Assembly (NCBI GenBank): GCA_903831045.1
Contig: CAIKWG010000045.1
Coordinates: forward strand, 3,088-67,087
From: an uncultured archaeon
GTDB taxonomy: Archaea > Nanobdellota > Nanobdellia > Pacearchaeales > GW2011-AR1
Direction of reading: 5' to 3'
DNA: 64,000 bases
Shown here: positions 55,251 to 64,000 of the stretch, in pieces
How positions within the stretch are numbered: position 1 is the stretch's first letter
How the letters are laid out: each line of letters starts with the position of its first letter
Notes under the pieces: model-generated
Databases searched by the model: none
What the model was told of the DNA's origin: nothing
The model's input: the letters and a program-made list of their open reading frames with translations, nothing else
Made by a program: the position numbers and the translations under genes

Positions 55251-55793
55251 TCTTAATTTTTCTAATTTATCCCACCCTCTCTTCAAACTGCCATTAGCTC
55301 TTTCTAGAATAAGTTTAAGGAATCTTTCATCAACCAATAACCCTCCATTTGTGGCTAAGGGAAATTCAATTTTATCCGAGCCCATAAACTCAACAATAAT
55401 ATTCTTTCCAAAAGAGATAGCTCCAAATTTTTTCCAGCCAGCCTTTTGCCCAATCTTCATTAAAGCTTCAGCAGAATCCAAGTCTCTACAAGCAATGTGA
55501 ATGATAGCCGGTTCAAATTTAAATTTAACAGCAGATTTTGGAAGTTTAAGACTCTTGAAAAAATCCCCCCCAACCATTTCATGGGAAACCTTCAAAAATA
55601 ACCCCCTGCCCTTCTTTTCCTGATCCACCATTATCAAAATTCTTCCAGAGCAAGATGAAGTTGTATAATAATTTGGAAGGTCATTGATGGATTGACAAAG
55701 TTCCAAAATATGCCTGTCCCAACTTCCTTTTGAAGACTTGTCTATTTTGGCCAACACCTCTTGCTTTCGTTGCTGAAATCTGTCTCTAATCAT
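55236..55793 (-). CDS. taw3: tRNA wybutosine/wyosine-synthesizing protein 3 (Taw3/TYW3)
   Basis: 'YYTTSSCSGRI' signature; 185 aa. Confidence 0.7.
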   Translation of the reverse strand: MIRDRFQQRKQEVLAKIDKSSKGSWDRHILELCQSINDLPNYYTTSSCSGRILIMVDQEKKGRGLFLKVSHEMVGGDFFKSLKLPKSAVKFKFEPAIIHIACRDLDSAEALMKIGQKAGWKKFGAISFGKNIIVEFMGSDKIEFPLATNGGLLVDERFLKLILERANGSLKRGWDKLEKLRLLMR

Positions 55794-55907
55794 AAAAAGA
55801 AGTAAGCAAAATCCTATTTAATCCTATCTTTTGCCAAAAAATTCTTGTCTTTTTTTAGGAAATAAAAAGATTTAAATACTGATTAAAATTAAGTTCGTAA
55901 AGCAAAA

Positions 55908-57023
55908 ATGAAACGCAGCAACAAACTAAATGAAGAGGAGCCACCTCTACTAGATTCTAGTCATTTGATAGACTCTCCGACGATAACAGACATTAATTCT
56001 CTTAAAAAATCTCTCGCAAAAAAGCATATAACTCTTTCTGACAAGGAAACAAAAAATATTGAAGAAGTAATAAAAAAATATCCCATGAGAATAAGCCCAT
56101 ATTATTTCTCATTGATAAAAGAAAAAAATGATCCCGTGTGGAAACAGTGTATTCCAGACATAAAAGAAATCACAGATACCAGAGGAGAAGAAGATCCTCT
56201 AATGGAAGAAAATAAAATTCCTTTCTTGACCCACAGATATCCCGATAGATGTTTACTTTTAATTTCAAATACCTGTGCAATGTATTGTAGATTTTGTACA
56301 AGAAAAAGAAAAGTTGGAGAACTCAGAAAAAATCCTTCAATGAAAGAAATTGAAAAAGCAATTGATTATATTAAAGAACACAAAGAAATTAGAGATGTAA
56401 TTTTATCCGGAGGAGATCCACTTCTAGTTGGAGATGCATTTTTGGAAAAAGTTTTAATTGCATTAAGAAAAATACCTCACATTGAAATGATAAGAATTGG
56501 AACACGTGTTCCCTGCGTGATGCCTGAAAGAATAACTCCAAAATTATGCAGAATGTTAAAAAAATATAATAGAAAACCAATCTTATACATTAACACTCAT
56601 TTTGAACATCCAGATGAAATAACTGAACAAACAGAAAAAGCTTGCTCAATGTTAATTGATTCTGGAATACAATTGGGAAATCAAAGCGTTCTATTAAAGG
56701 GTGTGAATGATAAACCAGAAGTGTTCAAAACATTGAATAGAAAACTTCTTTCAATAGGAGTTAAACCATATTATCTCTATCAACCAGATCCAGTAAAAGG
56801 AACTTTTCATTTCATCGGTCCAGTTGAAAATGGAATAAGGATAATTAAGGAAGATCTAAGAGGACACACAAGTGGAATGGCAGTACCGCACTTTGTTATT
56901 GATGCTCCCGGTGGAGGAGGAAAAATACCTCTAATTCCAGATTATGCAAGAATACAAAAAGATGGGTCTGTAAAAATGAAAAATTATCAGGATAAAGAAT
57001 TCAAATATCCTAAAACAAGGTAA
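55908..57023 (+). CDS. Lysine 2,3-aminomutase family radical SAM enzyme (KamA/EpmB-like)
   Basis: 'CAMYCRFCTRK' CxxxCxxC cluster and 'SGGDPL'. The C-terminal 'GGGGKIP' is typical of KamA-family proteins. Confidence 0.75.
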   Translation: MKRSNKLNEEEPPLLDSSHLIDSPTITDINSLKKSLAKKHITLSDKETKNIEEVIKKYPMRISPYYFSLIKEKNDPVWKQCIPDIKEITDTRGEEDPLMEENKIPFLTHRYPDRCLLLISNTCAMYCRFCTRKRKVGELRKNPSMKEIEKAIDYIKEHKEIRDVILSGGDPLLVGDAFLEKVLIALRKIPHIEMIRIGTRVPCVMPERITPKLCRMLKKYNRKPILYINTHFEHPDEITEQTEKACSMLIDSGIQLGNQSVLLKGVNDKPEVFKTLNRKLLSIGVKPYYLYQPDPVKGTFHFIGPVENGIRIIKEDLRGHTSGMAVPHFVIDAPGGGGKIPLIPDYARIQKDGSVKMKNYQDKEFKYPKTR

Positions 57024-57025
57024 AA

Positions 57026-57727
57026 TTATCTTACTTCATATTTATCAAACTCTTTTTTCAAAGCAGCCTTGGTCATTCTAGGATGCCTTCTACAGTGATA
57101 TTCTATTTGTAAAGCGTGTCTGTGAGCTTCAGGATAGTTCATACCTTTACGCATAAGATTTCTTTCATATACCTCATGCAATAAAACAAACTTTATTTCT
57201 CTCCTAGAAAGATCATCGTCAATCCAGATTTCATTTTTAGGAACAAAAGAATAAACATCGTCGTGTCCTCCCTCGGTGAAATCTAAGAAAAATATTCCTC
57301 GAACAATCTCTCCATGAACAATCCAGACATTACATTTATCATTACTATACTTTCTTGAATGTCTTTTGTAAACAAGTTTAAGGTATTTATCTTTTTTTCT
57401 GGAAACTTTTATTTTATTTTTAACTAACAGATAAGCACTTCTTTCCTTTTTTTCAACTTTATTTGCAACTGCAATGGCTTTTTTGTGGCTCATTCCACGA
57501 GCCATAAGACGATTAATTACTAACATAGTGGTAATATAAAATTTATCTTCAACTCTTGAAGCTCCCTGATCAATCCAGAATTCATCTTTAGGAATGAATT
57601 TAAATTGATAATGTTGAGCATAGTTAGTAAAATCTTCATTCATATTTTTCCTAACATAGATTCCATCAACGATATAAACACTAAATCCTGCAACTTCTTT
57701 TAATTTGTATAAATATGGTTTTTTCAT
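57026..57727 (-). CDS. Hypothetical protein made of two tandem ~100-aa repeats
   Basis: 'VYIVDGIYVR..FIPKDEFWIDQ..RLMARGMSHKKA' aligns with 'VWIVHGEIVR..FVPKNEIWIDD..RNLMRKGMNYPEA'. Only the second repeat has 'HEVYE'. Confidence 0.45.
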   Translation of the reverse strand: MKKPYLYKLKEVAGFSVYIVDGIYVRKNMNEDFTNYAQHYQFKFIPKDEFWIDQGASRVEDKFYITTMLVINRLMARGMSHKKAIAVANKVEKKERSAYLLVKNKIKVSRKKDKYLKLVYKRHSRKYSNDKCNVWIVHGEIVRGIFFLDFTEGGHDDVYSFVPKNEIWIDDDLSRREIKFVLLHEVYERNLMRKGMNYPEAHRHALQIEYHCRRHPRMTKAALKKEFDKYEVR

Positions 57728-57728
57728 T

Positions 57729-58394
57729 TTATTCCTTATCTAAAATCTCACACCTAATTCCCTCTCTTTCACAAAGTTCCTTGAATTCTTTGGCATCATG
57801 TTCAGATCCAACCATTTCCCCCCAATGAATTGGAATAACAATTTCTGGTTTAATTAATTTAGCTGCTTCAAAAGCTTCTTCAGCATTCATAGTAAATCTT
57901 CCCCCAATGGGAAGCAGAGCAACAAAACTTTTGCTTGGTTGATTATATCCAGTAAGTTTCTGCATTTCAGGAATAAAATCCGTATCCCCTGCATGATAGA
58001 TGATTATATCATTCATTTTGATAATATACCCTAGCAAATTTTCTTTTTTCGGATGAAAATTTTTATCAATATTATATGCCGGAAAGCTAGAAATCTTTAT
58101 TTTTCCATATTCAAATTCTTGATCAGGCTCAACAATCTGCATTCGAAGAGGTAAATCAAACCTAGCAATTTTACTCTGACATCCGGCAGTCATCAATAGA
58201 ATAGTTTTTTTATCAACAATTTTATTCAAATCATTAAAACTACAATGGTCATAATGATCATGAGTTAGTAAGATAATGTCTGCTTTAGGTAATCCTTCTT
58301 TTATTTGATAGGGGTCAATATAAATTACCTTTGAGTTTTCGATTAAGAACCCTGAATGACCAAGCCATCTAAGCTCTATCCCCCCTATTTTCAT
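57729..58394 (-). CDS. Metallo-beta-lactamase-fold hydrolase (UPF0173-like)
   Basis: 'LLTHDHYDHC' metal-binding motif; 221 aa. Confidence 0.75.
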   Translation of the reverse strand: MKIGGIELRWLGHSGFLIENSKVIYIDPYQIKEGLPKADIILLTHDHYDHCSFNDLNKIVDKKTILLMTAGCQSKIARFDLPLRMQIVEPDQEFEYGKIKISSFPAYNIDKNFHPKKENLLGYIIKMNDIIIYHAGDTDFIPEMQKLTGYNQPSKSFVALLPIGGRFTMNAEEAFEAAKLIKPEIVIPIHWGEMVGSEHDAKEFKELCEREGIRCEILDKE

Positions 58395-58420
58395 ATAATC
58401 TTTTTAAGGAAATCTAATTT

Positions 58421-59896
58421 TTAAAACTTAGTATTTTGAGAAATAAAAAGTTTAGAAGTACGTAATCTTTTTAAAAAAGTATCCAAGTCCTTTTCCATTA
58501 ATTTTGCCCCAGCTGCCTGTCTATGCCCCCCACCATTTGCGTCTTCAAGACCTTCTGTACATTCTTTCATTAAAAGTGAAACATCAACTATCCCTGCATT
58601 GGATCTTGCATTGGCATGTATTCCATCTTTCCATTTCTGATAAAAAACAAATACCCCTTGATTTTTCATTTTGGAAATCATGGTTGCAATAGTAGAAGAT
58701 AATTTAAAATTAGATACAACTTCATAAATATGCAAATCCTTTTTTTTGTCAAACTTTTCGTTTTCAAAAAAATCATTTACAATCCTTTCTATTTCTTCCT
58801 CTACAATATCATGAACCTGACTCAACTGATCTAAATCACGAGTTTTAATAATTTCATAAACATGCTCCAGAGTTTCATTATAGTAAGTGGTTGCAGAATT
58901 TATCTTTCTAGCATTAATTCCAGGGATAGAACCCGAAATATTATCAAAAGTTATCCCAGGATAAAGTCTTTTCATAATTTCAAAATTTTTTGGAACACGA
59001 TAGGAATAATCCGAGAACATTGCAGCTCCAAGTAACCATTTCCATTCTTCTGTATCAAAAACTCCCTGACCAATATCGTAAATTAACATAGTTGCGCAGT
59101 CTTCACTAGAAGATTTTATTATATTATCTTTAAATTGGAAATTTTCATTCATAGGATGATGATCTAAAATAAAGAAATCCATTTCTTTACTCATTTCTTC
59201 TAGCCCTTCGGAATCTATGGTATCAACTCCAAGGTCACAGAAAAAAACTTTAGTTATTTCTTTTTCATGAAGTTTAAATAAAATTTTCTTAACCATATCT
59301 GCATGTATATCAAAAAATTCAATTTCTACGGCTCCAATATTTTTTGATTCCAATATCTCTTCCAGAAAAACAGCAGAAGCCAATCCATCTACATCGTTGT
59401 GCGTTAAAATTGCAACCTTATCTCTAGGAGTAATCATTCCAATAAATTCATAGAATCTCTTCTTACTCCCAGTTAGATAGTTTATCCAAGGCAAAATTTT
59501 TCCTTGCTCAATTAAAAAATGAATATTTGGAGCAACATTAAACTTTCCTTCCATAATATCTCTAACAAGCAACCATCTTACTTCATGATTCTCATATTCA
59601 AAACCCCTGAAATCACGGATATCCTGATTCAGTTCAACACGAAAATGGTTCAGCTCTATTTCAACATCTTCTCCAGTCACGGGCCTTTTATCAACAGTCA
59701 TCGTTGGTAAACTCTCAAGAATTTTTCCTTCAAAGTTAGTTTCTTCTTTTAATTCCCTTAAGACACAATCAACAAGTTCTTCTCCAGGATGCAGAGTTCC
59801 TCCAGGAAGTTTATAGAATTCATCTTTCCAATCCCTACTAACTAAAAGTCTCCCATCCTTCACAATAACTGGCCCCGCAGCAATGATTTTTTCCAT
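58421..59896 (-). CDS. NUDIX hydrolase fused to DHH/DHHA1 phosphoesterase
   Basis: Nudix box 'GGTLHPGEELVDCVLRELKEETN'. DHH motifs 'THNDVDGLAS' and 'LDHHP'. DHHA1 'GGGHRQAAGA'. Confidence 0.75.
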   Translation of the reverse strand: MEKIIAAGPVIVKDGRLLVSRDWKDEFYKLPGGTLHPGEELVDCVLRELKEETNFEGKILESLPTMTVDKRPVTGEDVEIELNHFRVELNQDIRDFRGFEYENHEVRWLLVRDIMEGKFNVAPNIHFLIEQGKILPWINYLTGSKKRFYEFIGMITPRDKVAILTHNDVDGLASAVFLEEILESKNIGAVEIEFFDIHADMVKKILFKLHEKEITKVFFCDLGVDTIDSEGLEEMSKEMDFFILDHHPMNENFQFKDNIIKSSSEDCATMLIYDIGQGVFDTEEWKWLLGAAMFSDYSYRVPKNFEIMKRLYPGITFDNISGSIPGINARKINSATTYYNETLEHVYEIIKTRDLDQLSQVHDIVEEEIERIVNDFFENEKFDKKKDLHIYEVVSNFKLSSTIATMISKMKNQGVFVFYQKWKDGIHANARSNAGIVDVSLLMKECTEGLEDANGGGHRQAAGAKLMEKDLDTFLKRLRTSKLFISQNTKF

Positions 59897-59926
59897 TTAT
59901 ATCTTACGGGGAAGAACTATTTAAGA

Positions 59927-60670
59927 TTATTTAAACCTAAGCATGAGATAACTTGCGAGGATAATCAATCCTCCTCCAATCCAAACAAGAACAGTAGGAA
60001 CTTCTCTAAAAAACAAAAAGGCAAAAACAACTGGGAAAATAATTTCTAATAAAATAAAAATTCCTGCAGCCTTGCCCTTAACTTTTTCCAATCCCTTAAA
60101 TAAAAAAACAAAAGGAATAGCAGTTAAAAAAATACCTAAAATTAAAACTATTCCTAAATCCAAATAAGTAAATTTAGGAAAATCAATAAATAAAAGAGGA
60201 AGTAAAAAAGGAATTGCAATAACATTTTGCCAAAAGGTTAAAGAAATTTTATCATATTTTTTAAAAGTTTTTGAAATTACATAAACCCAAGCCATTCCAA
60301 TTCCTGCTAAAAGTCCAGCAATAGACCCAATTAAGCTTTCTCGAAGAAAAAGATTTTGAGGAGAAACTACAAAGATTAATCCAATAACTGCAATGAGAAT
60401 GATTAAGATATCAATCTTTTTTATCTTTTCTTTTAAAATAAGTGCAGAAAATAAAATCATCCAAACTGAAGAAGAATATAATAATAAAACTGCTGAAGCA
60501 ATGGATAAAAATTGTATTGCTAAGAAATAACCCAAAATGATAAATCCATGCACTGCTCCAAAAAAGAATAGTTTAGTTTTTTCATATTTAGGCCACACAA
60601 ATTTTTTATTAAATATTAAGTAAAAAAATAAAATTGCTAAAGCAGCTATAAACACTCTAAAAAAAGACAA
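59927..60670 (-). CDS. EamA/DMT-family transporter (N-terminus apparently displaced by a frameshift, see findings)
   Basis: About 8 TM segments across two EamA-like halves. Track start is TTG. The likely true N-terminus is encoded in another frame at 60722-60774. Confidence 0.6.
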   Translation of the reverse strand: MSFFRVFIAALAILFFYLIFNKKFVWPKYEKTKLFFFGAVHGFIILGYFLAIQFLSIASAVLLLYSSSVWMILFSALILKEKIKKIDILIILIAVIGLIFVVSPQNLFLRESLIGSIAGLLAGIGMAWVYVISKTFKKYDKISLTFWQNVIAIPFLLPLLFIDFPKFTYLDLGIVLILGIFLTAIPFVFLFKGLEKVKGKAAGIFILLEIIFPVVFAFLFFREVPTVLVWIGGGLIILASYLMLRFK

Positions 60671-60796
60671 ATTATAAGGACCAAGATTATTTCCAAATCT
60701 AACAATAATTGGGATAAACCCCCCAAAATAGAAGCAATAAAAATTTGTAAGAAACCAATAGTTTGTTTATTCATAGATAAAATAAATGAAACATAT

Positions 60797-61726
60797 TTAT
60801 AATCTTTTTGAAGAATAAAAACTCACTCTCTTAATTTTTCCATTTTTCTCATTAATATCAACTAAAACCTGAGCATTTTTTCCAAAACCTGGATTAATAA
60901 CGAGAGTTTTCCCAATTTTATCTTTTCCGGCACATTCATGAATATGCCCTCCAACACAGATTAAAGGTTTACACTCTTCACAGAACTTTCTAGCAATGCT
61001 AGAACCAAGATGCTTTTTATGAGCATAGGATTCTTTATTTTTTACTATATCCAGTTTTGTTTTGAATGGAATATTATGAGAAATAAAGAAAACAGGAAAT
61101 TGCTTATTTCTTTTTCCATGAGCATTTTTCAACTTGCCATAAAGCTTTTTGGATTCATAAATTAACATTGCCCTTTCTCTTTTATTTAGGTCCATACTTC
61201 TTTTTCTATCTGATAAAATCTCTGGCCCCGAACTTAATCCATACCCCACAAAATTGAGCTCTCTAAAAAAATAATTTTTAAAATGGCAATCATGAACATT
61301 TTTTAACCCCTTCAACAATTTTTTATTTGCTTTTCCATAAAGATAAAAATCAAAGAATGCTTTCAGATAATTGTAGGAACTTTTATCCATATCCTTAATT
61401 TTAGTTTTACCATAGCTTTCATCCCAATTTCCAGGAACGAAAAATACTGGTTTTCCAAAACTATCCAGATATCTTAAAATTTCATGCCCTCGAGAAAGAG
61501 ATTCACTGACTATTCTATTAAAACCTTTTTTTCCTACTTTAGAAATAATAAATTCGTCCATTCCAGAAACCTCTTTTCCCTGCCTCAATAAATTAAAGAA
61601 TTTGTTCAGATAAGGTCTAAACCCCCTGTCATCACAAACATCTCCAATCTGAACAATGCAATCAAAATCCTTAAATCCGATTACGGGCTTTTTACCATGT
61701 AAATCTCCAATCACAAGAATCTTCAT
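60797..61726 (-). CDS. Calcineurin-like metallophosphoesterase
   Basis: 'VIGDLHGK', 'GDVCD', 'GNWDE' and 'GGHIHE'. Confidence 0.7.
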   Translation of the reverse strand: MKILVIGDLHGKKPVIGFKDFDCIVQIGDVCDDRGFRPYLNKFFNLLRQGKEVSGMDEFIISKVGKKGFNRIVSESLSRGHEILRYLDSFGKPVFFVPGNWDESYGKTKIKDMDKSSYNYLKAFFDFYLYGKANKKLLKGLKNVHDCHFKNYFFRELNFVGYGLSSGPEILSDRKRSMDLNKRERAMLIYESKKLYGKLKNAHGKRNKQFPVFFISHNIPFKTKLDIVKNKESYAHKKHLGSSIARKFCEECKPLICVGGHIHECAGKDKIGKTLVINPGFGKNAQVLVDINEKNGKIKRVSFYSSKRL

Positions 61727-61833
61727 AACAAAAAAAGTAAAAATAACTATAAAAATCTTTCAAATTGCCAAAAACTAAAACTAACCAGTAGTGAGCATAA
61801 ATTTATAAAAAAACCAAAACTCTCTTTTTTACA

Positions 61834-62073
61834 ATGGCAATGAGTGGAGACGTAAATAACTACATTGGGGCAATTAAAGCACACGCTTCAACAGTGAAGG
61901 AAACACCCTTGGCTGTAAACGGCAGAAGACAAACTGTAATTGACCAACAAAACAAATGTGCTATCTGCCATAAGGAATTAAATCCTTATTACAGCAAGTA
62001 CCTGATAGAACCGGGATCAAGAAAGGGCAAAGTAATTTGCTCAAATTGTGCAATTCCAATTCAAAAGAGATAG
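61834..62073 (+). CDS. Small zinc-finger-like hypothetical protein
   Basis: 'CAICHKEL...CSNCA' four-Cys pattern; 79 aa. Confidence 0.35.
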   Translation: MAMSGDVNNYIGAIKAHASTVKETPLAVNGRRQTVIDQQNKCAICHKELNPYYSKYLIEPGSRKGKVICSNCAIPIQKR

Positions 62074-62254
62074 TTATTCAAATAGGGGAAAATTCTGAAT
62101 AGATTTCACCAGTGAGAGAACTAATTATTAATCTTCTTCTGACCAGTCATAATCTTCTTCATCTTTCTTATCTAGAAATCTCCAAGAACCTTCTTCTTCA
62201 AACATTATAATTTTTTTAAGCTGAACATGCATTTAAGTTTATTTGAGAATTAAT

Positions 62255-63550
62255 TTAAGGGTTTAGTCTGTTCATGGTTCTGGGAAATGCAATTGCATCC
62301 TTAACATCTTCTAAACCACAAATCCATTTGATAACTCTCTCAGTACCCATACCAAATCCAGCATGAGGTATGCTCCCATATCTACGAGTATCTAAATAAT
62401 AAGAATAATCTTCAATTTTTTCCCCCTTACTTTTCAAAGTTTTGATTAATTCATTCATATCTGTGTCTCTTTCACTTCCACCCATAATTTCATGATTTCC
62501 TTCTGGAGCAAGTAAATCAAAACAGACTGCCACTTTAGGATTTTTAGGATCTCTTGGTTTATAGAACGCCATTGTTTCTTTTGGATAATGTGTCACAAAA
62601 ACAGGAGTATCATAATCTTCCAATAGTCTCTCTTCTTCCACAGTTCTCAAATCTTTACCCCATTTAATCTTAATATTTTTTTTCTCATCTAATATTTTAA
62701 GAGCTTCATCATAGGTTATTCTTGGAAACTTCTTTTTGATAGTAGGTTCTAATTTTTTAATATCTCTTCCGAGAATTTCTAATTCAAGTTTATTATCTTC
62801 AATAACCCTTTTGAAAATATGTTTGATTAATCCTTCAGCATATTCCATTAATTCGTCAAGATTTATCCATGCCACTTCCATTTCATGCATCCAAAATTCA
62901 GCCAAATGACGAGAAGTTTTAGATTTCTCAGCTCTAAATGTTGGAGCCATCGTATAAATTTTTTCCAATGCAAACATAGCTGCTTCAGCGTACAATTGCC
63001 AAGTTTGAGTCATAAAAGCTTTTTTACCAAAATAATTAACTTCAAACAAAGTGGGTCCTTCTTCTGCTCCTCCTGGAATTAAAACAGGAGATTGAAATTC
63101 GTAGAAACCAAGACCATGATAGTATTCGTGAATTGCATTAAAAACAGTACTTCTAATCTTTAAAATAGCAGTCATCTTTCTACTTCTCAACCACAGATGT
63201 CTTCTATCTCCGAGTAATTCTTCATTCAAATCTTTATTGATAGGATAATCTTCAGCAATTTGGATAATATTTATTTTATCAACAGCAATTTCATAACCTG
63301 TTGGAGCCCTCTTATCTTCTTTAATTTCTCCCTCAAGCTCAATAGAACTTTCAATTTTCAGCCCATCAATATCTTTCCATTGTTTTTCAAAATTTTCTTT
63401 TTTAAGAACACACTGAATAATATTAGAAGAATCTCTCAGAACAATAAACTTCATAGCATTGCTTCCTCTTTCTCTATAAACCCAACCACGCACAGCTACC
63501 TTACCCTTGCCCTTCTTTATTGCATCCTGAACGGAAATAAATTTTGTCAT
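62255..63550 (-). CDS. asnS: Asparaginyl-tRNA synthetase
   Basis: Class IIb: N-terminal OB, motif 2 'FRAEKSKTSRHLAEFWMHE', motif 3 'GFGMGTERV'. 431 aa, typical of AsnRS. Confidence 0.8.
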   Translation of the reverse strand: MTKFISVQDAIKKGKGKVAVRGWVYRERGSNAMKFIVLRDSSNIIQCVLKKENFEKQWKDIDGLKIESSIELEGEIKEDKRAPTGYEIAVDKINIIQIAEDYPINKDLNEELLGDRRHLWLRSRKMTAILKIRSTVFNAIHEYYHGLGFYEFQSPVLIPGGAEEGPTLFEVNYFGKKAFMTQTWQLYAEAAMFALEKIYTMAPTFRAEKSKTSRHLAEFWMHEMEVAWINLDELMEYAEGLIKHIFKRVIEDNKLELEILGRDIKKLEPTIKKKFPRITYDEALKILDEKKNIKIKWGKDLRTVEEERLLEDYDTPVFVTHYPKETMAFYKPRDPKNPKVAVCFDLLAPEGNHEIMGGSERDTDMNELIKTLKSKGEKIEDYSYYLDTRRYGSIPHAGFGMGTERVIKWICGLEDVKDAIAFPRTMNRLNP

Positions 63551-63664
63551 CTTGTATTGAAAAGAAAGATGGATTTTTAATTATTGCTATTAGAATTATT
63601 ATTCAGTTCTAAACACAAAATTGCTTCCATCGTTTAGCTAATAAAGAAGTATTTATAAAATTAT

Positions 63665-64000
63665 CTAAGGATTTAATCTTTGAGTATCTCTTGGCAAGAA
63701 AGTAACTTCTCTAACATTTTTCAAACCCAACATTAACATCAAAAATCTTGTTGGACTAATTGCAAACCCCCCATGAGGAGGGCATCCAAATTTAAAAAAG
63801 TTAAGATAATCTTCGATAAGTTTTAAATTAATTTTCTTTTCAATCGCTTGTTCTTTTAAGATATCATGTCTATGTTCTCTTTGAGCTCCAGTTGTAACTT
63901 CTGTTCCCTTCCAGATTAAATCAAAACTCTTAGTCAATCCATTTTCATGCCTCATATGATAAAAAGGACGAGCACTCCAAGGATAATCTTTTACAAAAAC
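63665..64000 (-). CDS. aspS: Aspartyl-tRNA synthetase (C-terminal fragment; 5' end outside window)
   Basis: The frame stays open to the window edge. 'GAQREH', 'FGCPPHGGFAISPTRF' and 'FLPRDTQRLNP' (motif 3 region). Confidence 0.75.
   Translation of the reverse strand, partial: VFVKDYPWSARPFYHMRHENGLTKSFDLIWKGTEVTTGAQREHRHDILKEQAIEKKINLKLIEDYLNFFKFGCPPHGGFAISPTRFLMLMLGLKNVREVTFLPRDTQRLNP

Noticed and set aside
62100-62230. Tiny acidic minus-strand ORF (MFEEEGSWRFLDKKDEEDYDWSEED) upstream of asnS
   Set aside because: It is 25 aa with no supporting signal, so it is likely chance.
62255-64000. Tandem asnS and aspS as evidence of recent duplication or a pseudogene
   Set aside because: Both are full-length or open to the window edge, with distinct class IIb signatures (AsnRS 'FRAEKSKTSRHLAEFW' versus the AspRS C-terminus 'GCPPHGGFAISPTRF'). 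A tRNA-Asn gene is present. This is ordinary paralog adjacency.

Overview
This is an AT-rich (about 30% GC by eye), very gene-dense archaeal chromosome segment with about 90 protein genes and 3 tRNAs. Adjacent genes often overlap by 1-11 nt. TATA-like boxes (consensus aaCCTTTAAAAAcc) sit about 25-30 nt upstream of many ATGs, which suggests mostly leaderless mRNAs. Gene content is clearly archaeal: Cdc48, TFS, TBP, MCM, RpoL, aRF1, aIF1A, aIF2-beta, L15e, Sec61-beta, NAC, NreA, RadB, ATP-dependent DNA ligase, FtsZ, Taw3 and an intron-containing tRNA. Short proteins, many ORFans and a few bacterial-type genes suggest a DPANN-like small-genome lineage; this is inference only. I saw no rRNA, CRISPR array, transposase, integrase or reverse transcriptase. 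The ORF track uses TTG/GTG starts in places, so I moved several starts to the first in-frame ATG. The main candidates for something new are four. (1) A gap-free 8-gene ORFan operon at 9545-13315 (minus strand) has a divergent wHTH regulator. It encodes four coiled-coil paralogs, three tandem Cys/Tyr-rich mini-proteins joined by a repeated overlapping gene junction, and a terminal class-II-aaRS-like catalytic core fused to a MazG-like domain. (2) A conserved ~64-nt element lies directly downstream of tRNA-Lys and tRNA-Ile, and each copy ends in a copy of the 3' end of its own upstream tRNA. (3) A textbook bacterial-style outer-membrane beta-barrel protein is encoded in an archaeal context. (4) radB and nreA share an upstream motif. 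All functional calls come from motifs read by eye. No database search was run.
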